This document shows positions 1-8,051 of a DNA stretch of 64,000 nt, one piece after another. Below the pieces are notes generated by a model. It worked only from the letters and a program-made list of their open reading frames with translations. It was not told the origin of the DNA and searched no databases. Position numbers and translations under genes: made by a program. How positions within the stretch are numbered: position 1 is the stretch's first letter; each line of letters starts with the position of its first letter. Source of the stretch: Escherichia coli (GTDB lineage: Bacteria > Pseudomonadota > Gammaproteobacteria > Enterobacterales > Enterobacteriaceae); NCBI RefSeq assembly GCF_003334355.1, contig NZ_QOWP01000002.1. One strand, written 5' to 3'.

Positions 1-77
1 AAGCTGTTGAGTCGTTTTAAGTGTAATTCGGGGCAGAATTGGTAAAGAGAGTCGTGTAAAATATCGAGTTCGCACAT
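1..77 (-). CDS. IS10 transposase, N-terminal 26 codons only (gene continues past window edge)
   Basis: Minus-strand ATG at 77..75 followed by codons for MCELDILHDSLYQFCPELHLKRLNSL, the recalled N-terminus of IS10 transposase. Confidence 0.8.
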   Translation of the reverse strand, partial: MCELDILHDSLYQFCPELHLKRLNS

Positions 78-133
78 TTTGTTGTCTGATTATTGATTTT
101 TGGCGAAACCATTTGATCATATGACAAGATGTG
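70..133 (+). ncRNA. RNA-OUT-like antisense hairpin region of IS10 (pOUT transcript directed toward the IS terminus)
   Basis: Inverted repeat cacattttgttgtc (73-86) / gacaagatgtg (123-133) overlapping the transposase start on the opposite strand. Position matches the known IS10 RNA-IN/RNA-OUT layout. Boundaries approximate. Confidence 0.45.
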
Positions 134-184
134 TATCTACCTTAACTTAATGATTTTGATAAAAATCATTAGGGGATTCATCAG

Positions 185-2859
185 AACCCAGCCTGCAACG
201 TGTAGCTAAATACCATAAAAACTTCCCCCATGCGACGCTCGCCGCACTGGCAGAACTGCTGGCGTTAACAGAACCACCAGCCCGCCCTGGTTATCCAATC
301 ATCGAAGACAAAAAGCTGCCTGCACAGCAAAAAGCACGCGATGAATACTGGCGTACGCTGTTACAAACGCTGATGGCATCGCAGCCACAACTGGCAGCAG
401 AAGTGATGCCGTGGTTAAGTACTCAACCCCAGTCAGTGCTGAAGAGTTATTTATCGGCACCGCCCAAACCGGTTATTGATGGCACCGATAACAGCAATCT
501 GCCAGAAATCCTCGTTTCACCACCGTGGCGTAGTAAGAAAAAAATGACAGCTCCACGTCTTGATTTGGCACCGCTCGAATTAACTCCGCAAGTTTACTGG
601 CAACCAGGCGAACAAGAGAGGCTTGCCGCCACTGAGCCTGCCCGTTATTTCAGCACGGAATCTCTTGCGCAACGCATGGAACAAAAAAGTGGACGAGTTG
701 TATTACAGGAACTGGGTTTTGGGGATGATGTATGGCTGTTTCTGAATTATATACTCCCCGGAAAACTGGATGCTGCACGCAATTCACTCTTTGTTCAGTG
801 GCATTACTACCAGGGGCGGGTTGAAGAGATCCTGAATGGCTGGAACTCCCCGGAAGCACAATTAGCAGAACAGGCGCTCCGCAGCGGTCACATAGAAGCG
901 TTAATTAACATATGGGAAAATGACAACTACTCACATTATCGTCCGGAAAAGAGTGTCTGGAACCTGTATTTATTGGCACAGTTGCCGCGTGAGATGGCTT
1001 TGACCTTCTGGCTGCGTATCAATGAGAAAAAGCATCTGTTCGCGGGTGAGGACTATTTTCTCAGTATCCTCGGATTGGATGCGCTACCAGGTCTGCTGTT
1101 GGCTTTTTCACATCGTCCAAAAGAAACATTTCCGTTAATTTTAAATTTTGGCGCAACAGAACTGGCGCTGCCTGTTGCCCACGTCTGGCGACGTTTCGCG
1201 GCGCAGCGTGATCTGGCTCGCCAGTGGATTTTACAATGGCCGGAACATACGGCTAGTGCACTTATCCCTCTTGTCTTTACCAAACCCAGCGATAATAGCG
1301 AAGCCGCATTACTTGCCCTGCGTTTACTGTACGAACAGGGACATGGCGAATTGCTACAAACCGTGGCAAACCGCTGGCAGCGTACAGATGTATGGTCTGC
1401 CCTAGAGCAGTTGCTTAAACAGGGTCCAATGGACATTTACCCGGCACGCATTCCAAAAGCCCCTGATTTCTGGCATCCGGCAATGTGGTCCAGGCCTCGA
1501 CTTATCACTAATAATCAGCCTGTTACCGGTGACGCTCTGGAAATTATCGGCGAAATGCTGCGCTTTACCCAGGGGGGACGTTTTTATAGCGGGCTGGAAC
1601 AACTGAAAACGTTCTGCCAGCCACAAACGCTGGCAGCTTTTGCCTGGGATCTCTTCACTGCGTGGCAACAAGCTGGTGCCCCCGCAAAAGACAACTGGGC
1701 ATTTCTGGCGTTAAGTCTCTTTGGTGACGAAAGCACGGCACGGGATCTGACGACACAGATCCTCGCCTGGCCACAAGAAGGCAAATCTGCCCGTGCTGTC
1801 AGCGGCCTGAACATCCTTACCCTGATGAATAATGATATGGCGCTGATACAGCTGCATCATATATCGCAACGGGCTAAATCCCGCCCCTTACGTGATAACG
1901 CGGCGGAATTTCTTCAGGTGGTCGCAGAAAATCGCGGGCTAAGCCAGGAAGAGCTAGCGGACAGATTAGTCCCAACCCTGGGCCTTGATGATCCGCAGGC
2001 GTTGAGTTTTGATTTTGGTCCCCGGCAGTTTACCGTTCGCTTCGATGAAAACCTCAACCCGGTTATCTTTGATCAGCAAAACGTTCGCCAGAAAAGCGTT
2101 CCCCGTTTGCGCGCCGATGACGATCAACTGAAAGCGCCCGAGGCACTGGCCCGACTAAAAGGGCTAAAAAAAGATGCTACTCAGGTGAGCAAAAACCTGC
2201 TCCCGCGTCTTGAAGCTGCCCTACGTACCACCCGACGCTGGTCGCTGGCAGATTTTCATTCTCTGTTTGTTAATCATCCCTTTACCCGTCTGGTTACCCA
2301 GCGATTAATATGGGGGGGTTATCCGGCAAATGAACCGCGTCGTTTACTCAACGCCTTTCGTGTGGCCGCAGAGGGGGAGTTCTGCAATGCGCAAGATGAG
2401 CCAATTGACCTGCCTGCGGACGCTCTGATTGGCATTGCCCACCCGTTAGAAATGGCAGTAGAAATGCGCAGTGAATTTGCACAGCTTTTTGCCGATTACG
2501 AAATTATGCCGCCTTTTCGCCAGTTGTCGCGCCGCACGGTGCTGCTCACACCTGACGAGTCAACCAGTAACAGCCTGACTCGCTGGGAAGGTAAATCCGC
2601 TACCGTTGGGCAACTTATGGGAATGCGATACAAAGGCTGGGAGTCAGGCTATGAGGACACATTTGTCTATGACCTGGGCGAGTACCGGCTGGTCCTTAAG
2701 TTTTCACCCGGTTTTAACCACTACAATGTTGATAGCAAAGCGTTAATGAGCTGCCGTTCTCTTCGAGTGTACCGTGACAATAAATCCGTCACTTTTGCCG
2801 AACTTGATGTGTTTGATTTGAGTGAGGCGTTAAGCGCACCTGACGTCATTTTCCATTAA
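185..2859 (+). pseudogene. yehI: yehI-like DUF4132 protein, 3' portion; 5' end replaced by the IS10 insertion
   Basis: Reading frame is open from 163 to the stop at 2859 with protein-like translation, but has no ATG/GTG/TTG before 373. The ORF track gives 828 aa from the first internal Met. K-12 yehI is 1210 aa (recall) and lies directly upstream of yehK. Confidence 0.7.
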
Positions 2860-2919
2860 AACACAGCGGGCAGTGATGCGACTGCCCGTTATCTACACGA
2901 CTTACCAGCGGGGAAAGCG

Positions 2920-3237
2920 ATGATCGTGCAAAAAGAGCTGGTTGCTATTTACGATTATGAGGTCCCTGTACCTGAAGATCCGTTTTCCTTCAGACTTGAG
3001 ATCCATAAATGCCCTGAATTATTTACAGGTTCCGTCTATCGACTGGAGCGATTCCGGCTACATCCAACATTTCATCAACGTGATCGAGAAGATGCTGACC
3101 CGCTAATAAATGATGCGTTGATTTATATAAGAGATGAGTGTAATGATGAGCGGAAATTACGAGGTGAATCACCTGAAACTGTAATAGCAATTTTTAATCG
3201 TGAACTACAGAATATATTCAACCAAGAAATAGAATAA
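2920..3237 (+). CDS. yehK: YehK, small protein of unknown function (105 aa)
   Basis: ORF-track 105-aa ORF located between yehI and yehL, matching K-12 order and length. Confidence 0.8.
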   Translation: MIVQKELVAIYDYEVPVPEDPFSFRLEIHKCPELFTGSVYRLERFRLHPTFHQRDREDADPLINDALIYIRDECNDERKLRGESPETVIAIFNRELQNIFNQEIE

Positions 3238-3408
3238 TATACTCTAAATAATTCAAATTGGTCCGATCCGGCGCAACGTCCCAATGGCCTGGATTATAAA
3301 TCTCATTATCTTAATTGCAACGGGGTCCAGCCGTGGTTATAATTCGTTCGTTGGAACACGATGTTGCACAGGCTGCGGTGTTGGGCCTGAAAATAGTAAA
3401 TAAAAGAA

Positions 3409-3432
3409 CCTGCCTCACCAGCAGGTTTTTTT
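3409..3432 (+). terminator. Rho-independent terminator-like hairpin between yehK and yehL
   Basis: cctgc-ctcacca-gcagg stem-loop followed by ttttttt. Confidence 0.5.
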
Positions 3433-3543
3433 ATTTACTGTGATCTGCTTTCCAGATATTTTCCGCTCAAACAACTAATGCGCCAAACATTTATTGCGCG
3501 TAAAATATCGTTTATTTCATTAATACATTTCAGGGATGAATAT

Positions 3544-4632
3544 ATGTCACCGCAGAATAATCATCTGCAGCGTCCGCCTGCCGCTGTGTTATACGCCGAT
3601 GAACTGGCAAAATTAAAACAAAATGATAACGCACCTTGCCCGCCCGGTTGGCAGTTAAGTTTGCCTGCGGCCCGTGCTTTTATCCTTGGCGATAGCGCGC
3701 AAAATATTAGCCGTAAAGTGGTGATTAGTCCCTCTGCTGTCGAACGTATGTTAGTCACTCTTGCCACCGGGCGCGGTTTGATGTTGGTGGGGGAACCTGG
3801 CACCGCAAAATCTCTCCTGTCTGAATTACTGGCAACCGCTATTAGCGGCGATGCCGGGTTAACCATCCAGGGCGGCGCATCTACCACTGAAGATCAAATC
3901 AAATACGGCTGGAACTACGCTCTGCTTATCAATCATGGTCCATCAACGGAAGCGCTGGTCCCTGCCCCGCTTTACCAGGGAATGCGCGACGGCAAAATCG
4001 TCCGTTTTGAAGAGATAACGCGTACACCGCTGGAAGTGCAAGACTGTCTGTTAGGTATGCTTTCTGACCGGGTTATGACGGTGCCGGAACTCACCAGTGA
4101 AGCCAGTCAGCTCTATGCGCGAGAAGGCTTTAATATTATTGCCACTGCCAATACCCGCGATCGCGGCGTCAATGAGATGAGTGCCGCGCTAAAGCGTCGC
4201 TTCGATTTTGAAACTGTCTTTCCGATTATGGATTTCGCCCAGGAGCTGGAACTGGTCGCCAGTGCTTCGGCGCGTTTGCTGGCCCATAGCGGTATTCCGC
4301 ATAAAGTGCCTGACGCGGTACTGGAGTTACTGGTCCGCACCTTCCGCGATCTGCGTGCCAACGGCGAAAAGAAAACGTCAATGGATACCCTGACGGCAAT
4401 TATGTCCACCGCTGAAGCCGTGAACGTGGCCCACGCAGTGGGCGTCCGCGCCTGGTTTTTAGCGAATCGCGCAGGTGAGCCAGCCGACCTGGTGGACTGC
4501 ATTGCCGGAACCATCGTCAAAGATAATGAAGAAGATCGCGCTCGTCTGCGCCGTTACTTCGAACAGCGTGTCGCCACACATAAAGAAGCTCACTGGCAGG
4601 CTTATTATCAAGCCCGCCACCGCCTGCCGTGA
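3544..4632 (+). CDS. yehL: YehL, MoxR-like AAA+ ATPase (362 aa)
   Basis: Walker A GEPGTAKS at 3790-3813; Walker B-like IVRFEEI; LKRRFDF motif typical of MoxR-type ATPases. Start trimmed to Met 23 of the ORF (MSPQNN) to match the K-12 length. Confidence 0.9.
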   Translation: MSPQNNHLQRPPAAVLYADELAKLKQNDNAPCPPGWQLSLPAARAFILGDSAQNISRKVVISPSAVERMLVTLATGRGLMLVGEPGTAKSLLSELLATAISGDAGLTIQGGASTTEDQIKYGWNYALLINHGPSTEALVPAPLYQGMRDGKIVRFEEITRTPLEVQDCLLGMLSDRVMTVPELTSEASQLYAREGFNIIATANTRDRGVNEMSAALKRRFDFETVFPIMDFAQELELVASASARLLAHSGIPHKVPDAVLELLVRTFRDLRANGEKKTSMDTLTAIMSTAEAVNVAHAVGVRAWFLANRAGEPADLVDCIAGTIVKDNEEDRARLRRYFEQRVATHKEAHWQAYYQARHRLP

Positions 4633-4642
4633 GGAAAGATGC

Positions 4643-6922
4643 ATGAGCGAGCCGTTAATTGTCGGCATCCGGCATCATAGTCCGGCCTGCGCCCGGCTGG
4701 TGAAATCGTTAATCGAAAGCCAGCGGCCACGATACGTGTTGATTGAAGGCCCGGCTGATTTTAATGACCGGGTAGACGAACTGTTTTTAGCCCACCAGCT
4801 TCCGGTAGCTATTTACAGTTATTGCCAGTATCAGGACGGTGCAGCCCCCGGGCGTGGTGCCTGGACGCCATTTGCTGAATTTTCGCCGGAGTGGCAGGCG
4901 CTACAAGCCGCTCGTCGTATTCAGGCACAAACTTACTTCATCGATTTGCCTTGCTGGGCGCAGAGTGAAGAAGAGGACGATTCGCCTGATACGCAAGAGG
5001 AAAGCCAGACCTTGCTGCTGCGTGCCACCCGCATGGATAACAGCGATACCCTGTGGGATCACTTGTTCGAAGATGAAAGCCAGCAAACTGCATTACCCTC
5101 TGCGCTGGCGCACTATTTTGCCCAACTGCGGGGCGACGCCTCCGGCGATGCGCTCAATCGTCAGCGCGAAGCCTTTATGGCCCGCTGGATTGGATGGGCG
5201 ATGCAGCAAAATAATGGCGACGTGTTAGTTGTCTGCGGTGGCTGGCACGCTCCGGCACTGGCAAAGATGTGGCGCGAATGCCCTCAGAAAATTAACAAGC
5301 CAGAATTGCCCTCGCTGGCAGATGCCGTTACAGGTTGTTATCTCACACCCTACAGTGAAAAGCGCCTTGATGTGCTGGCAGGATACCTTTCAGGAATGCC
5401 TGCCCCGGTATGGCAAAACTGGTGCTGGCAGTGGGGCTTGCAGAAGGCCGGTGAACAACTGCTAAAAACTATCCTTACCCGTTTGCGCCAGCACAAATTG
5501 CCCGCTTCTACCGCGGATATGGCTGCCGCTCATCTGCATGCGATGGCGCTGGCACAGTTGCGCGGTCATACACTACCGTTACGCACTGACTGGCTGGATG
5601 CCATAGCAGGCTCGCTGATTAAAGAAGCCCTGAACGCGCCGTTGCCGTGGAGCTATCGCGGCGTTATTCATCCCGATACCGATCCGATTCTGCTAACGTT
5701 GATAGACACATTAGCGGGTGACGGATTCGGTAAACTTGCCCCTTCTACGCCACAACCGCCTCTGCCAAAAGATGTCACCTGCGAACTGGAACGTACCGCA
5801 ATCTCCCTTCCGGCGGAGCTTACCTTAAATCGCTTTACCCCCGATGGGCTGGCGCAAAGTCAGGTGTTACATCGGCTGGCAATACTGGAGATCCCTGGGA
5901 TTGTACGCCAGCAGGGAAGTACACTGACACTTGCAGGCAACGGTGAAGAACGCTGGAAATTAACCCGCCCGCTTAGCCAGCATGCGGCATTGATTGAGGC
6001 CGCCTGTTTTGGTGCCACACTCCAGGAAGCCGCACGCAATAAATTAGAAGCCGATATGCTGGACGCGGGCGGAATCGGCAGTATCACCACATGTCTTAGC
6101 CAGGCGGCGTTAGCGGGTCTGGCGTCCTTCAGTCAACAATTACTGGAGCAACTCACACTATTAATCGCCCAGGAAAATCAATTTGCCGAAATGGGCCAGG
6201 CGCTGGAAGTGCTTTATGCCTTATGGCGGCTGGATGAAATTAGCGGTATGCAAGGCGCGCAGATATTACAAACGACGTTATGCGCGACTATCGATCGCAC
6301 GCTGTGGCTGTGTGAATCTAACGGCAGACCGGATGAAAAGGAGTTTCACGCTCACCTGCATAGCTGGCAAGCGCTTTGCCATATTCTGCGCGATCTACAT
6401 AGCGGCGTTAATTTACCCGGCGTTTCTCTTTCTGCGGCGGTAGCCTTACTGGAGCGACGCAGTCAGGCAATTCATGCCCCGGCGCTGGATCGCGGCGCGG
6501 CTCTTGGCGCACTAATGCGTCTGGAACATCCCAACGCCAGTGCCGAAGCGGCGCTGACGATGCTGGCGCAGTTATCCCCGGCACAATCTGGTGAGGCGCT
6601 GCACGGTTTGCTGGCGCTGGCCCGCCATCAACTGGCCTGTCAGCCGGCATTTATCGCCGGTTTCAGCAGTCATTTAAATCAACTGAGTGAAGCCGATTTT
6701 ATTAACGCCCTGCCCGATTTACGCGCGGCGATGGCCTGGCTACCACCACGAGAACGCGGGACGCTGGCGCATCAGGTGCTTGAGCATTATCAACTGGCGC
6801 AACTTCCCGTTTCGGCGCTGCAAATGCCGTTGCATTGTCCACCACAGGCCATTGCACATCATCAACAACTCGAACAGCAGGCACTGGCATCGCTGCAAAA
6901 CTGGGGAGTTTTCCATGTCTGA
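4643..6922 (+). CDS. yehM: YehM, large conserved protein of unknown function (759 aa)
   Basis: Start MSEPLIVG lies 10 nt after the yehL stop, preceded by gaggaaag. Length matches K-12 yehM. Confidence 0.9.
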   Translation: MSEPLIVGIRHHSPACARLVKSLIESQRPRYVLIEGPADFNDRVDELFLAHQLPVAIYSYCQYQDGAAPGRGAWTPFAEFSPEWQALQAARRIQAQTYFIDLPCWAQSEEEDDSPDTQEESQTLLLRATRMDNSDTLWDHLFEDESQQTALPSALAHYFAQLRGDASGDALNRQREAFMARWIGWAMQQNNGDVLVVCGGWHAPALAKMWRECPQKINKPELPSLADAVTGCYLTPYSEKRLDVLAGYLSGMPAPVWQNWCWQWGLQKAGEQLLKTILTRLRQHKLPASTADMAAAHLHAMALAQLRGHTLPLRTDWLDAIAGSLIKEALNAPLPWSYRGVIHPDTDPILLTLIDTLAGDGFGKLAPSTPQPPLPKDVTCELERTAISLPAELTLNRFTPDGLAQSQVLHRLAILEIPGIVRQQGSTLTLAGNGEERWKLTRPLSQHAALIEAACFGATLQEAARNKLEADMLDAGGIGSITTCLSQAALAGLASFSQQLLEQLTLLIAQENQFAEMGQALEVLYALWRLDEISGMQGAQILQTTLCATIDRTLWLCESNGRPDEKEFHAHLHSWQALCHILRDLHSGVNLPGVSLSAAVALLERRSQAIHAPALDRGAALGALMRLEHPNASAEAALTMLAQLSPAQSGEALHGLLALARHQLACQPAFIAGFSSHLNQLSEADFINALPDLRAAMAWLPPRERGTLAHQVLEHYQLAQLPVSALQMPLHCPPQAIAHHQQLEQQALASLQNWGVFHV

Positions 6923-8051
6923 ACTGAACGATCTTCTGACCACCCGTGAGCTACAACGCTGGCGATTAATTCTTGGCGAAGCGGCAGAAACGACGCTTTG
7001 TGGGCTGGATGACAACGCCCGGCAGATAGACCACGCGCTGGAGTGGCTGTATGGGCGCGATCCTGAACGGCTCCAGCGTGGTGAACGTTCCGGTGGATTA
7101 GGTGGCTCAAATCTCACCACCCCTGAGTGGATCAACAGTATTCACACGCTGTTTCCGCAGCAGGTGATTGAGCGGCTGGAAAGCGATGCCGTGCTGCGCT
7201 ACGGCATTGAAGATGTGGTGACGAATCTCGACGTGCTGGAACGTATGCAGCCTTCTGAAAGCCTGCTACGCGCTGTTTTGCACACCAAACATCTGATGAA
7301 CCCCGAAGTACTGGCTGCCGCCCGCCGGATAGTGTGCCAGGTTGTTGAAGAAATTATGGCTCGACTGGCAAAGGAAGTTCGCCAGGCTTTTTCTGGTGTC
7401 CGCGATCGCCGTCGCCGTTCATTTATTCCACTGGCGCGAAACTTTGATTTCAAAAGTACTCTGCGCGCCAACCTGCAACACTGGCACCCGCAACACGGCA
7501 AGTTGTATATCGAATCCCCCCGCTTTAACAGCCGCATTAAACGCCAAAGCGAACAATGGCAACTGGTCTTACTGGTTGATCAAAGCGGATCGATGGTCGA
7601 TTCGGTGATCCACTCTGCGGTAATGGCGGCCTGTTTGTGGCAGTTACCCGGCATTCGTACCCATCTGGTGGCGTTTGACACAAGCGTCGTTGATCTCACG
7701 GCAGACGTTGCCGATCCGGTAGAGTTATTAATGAAAGTACAGTTGGGCGGCGGGACCAATATCGCCAGTGCCGTGGAGTATGGTCGGCAACTTATTGAAC
7801 AACCAGCGAAAAGCGTCATTATCCTCGTGAGCGATTTTTACGAAGGGGGTTCATCATCATTACTGACGCATCAGGTGAAAAAGTGTGTCCAGAGCGGCAT
7901 CAAAGTGCTGGGACTGGCAGCGCTCGATAGCACCGCAACACCTTGCTATGACCGCGATACGGCCCAGGCGCTGGTTAATGTCGGCGCACAAATAGCCGCC
8001 ATGACGCCGGGCGAGCTGGCATCATGGCTTGCGGAGAATCTTCAGTCATGA
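6915..8051 (+). CDS. yehP: YehP, von Willebrand factor A (VWA) domain protein (378 aa)
   Basis: MIDAS motif DQSGSM (DxSxS) at 7578-7595 in the context VLLVDQSGSMVDS. Start overlaps the yehM stop by 8 nt. Confidence 0.9.
   Translation: MSELNDLLTTRELQRWRLILGEAAETTLCGLDDNARQIDHALEWLYGRDPERLQRGERSGGLGGSNLTTPEWINSIHTLFPQQVIERLESDAVLRYGIEDVVTNLDVLERMQPSESLLRAVLHTKHLMNPEVLAAARRIVCQVVEEIMARLAKEVRQAFSGVRDRRRRSFIPLARNFDFKSTLRANLQHWHPQHGKLYIESPRFNSRIKRQSEQWQLVLLVDQSGSMVDSVIHSAVMAACLWQLPGIRTHLVAFDTSVVDLTADVADPVELLMKVQLGGGTNIASAVEYGRQLIEQPAKSVIILVSDFYEGGSSSLLTHQVKKCVQSGIKVLGLAALDSTATPCYDRDTAQALVNVGAQIAAMTPGELASWLAENLQS

Larger units (their letters stand above)
1..184 (-). mobile_element. IS10-type insertion sequence (IS4 family), outside-end terminal 184 bp; element continues beyond window start
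   Basis: Reverse complement of 1-184 reads CTGATGAATCCCCTAATGATTTT...ATGTGCGAACTCGATATTTTACACGACTCTCTTTACCAATTCTGCCCCGAATTACACTTAAAACGACTCAACAGCTT, which matches the IS10 outside end and transposase start as I recall them, with a few substitutions. The ATG lies 108 bp from the terminus, as in IS10. Confidence 0.85.

Noticed and set aside
3238-3408. Unassigned 170-bp segment between yehK and the terminator hairpin as a possible sRNA or small ORF
   Set aside because: No convincing promoter, ORF or structure beyond the terminator itself; more likely a 3' UTR of yehK.
6687-6914. ORF-track N-terminal extension of yehP (454-aa version)
   Set aside because: The extension overlaps the yehM 3' end in another frame and is Cys/Arg/His-rich. 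The Met at 6915 gives the expected 378-aa protein with an 8-nt coupling overlap.
8024-8047. Earlier yehQ start at 8024 (MACGESSV...)
   Set aside because: The ATG at 8048 forms an ATGA stop/start overlap with yehP, typical of translational coupling. The true start remains uncertain.
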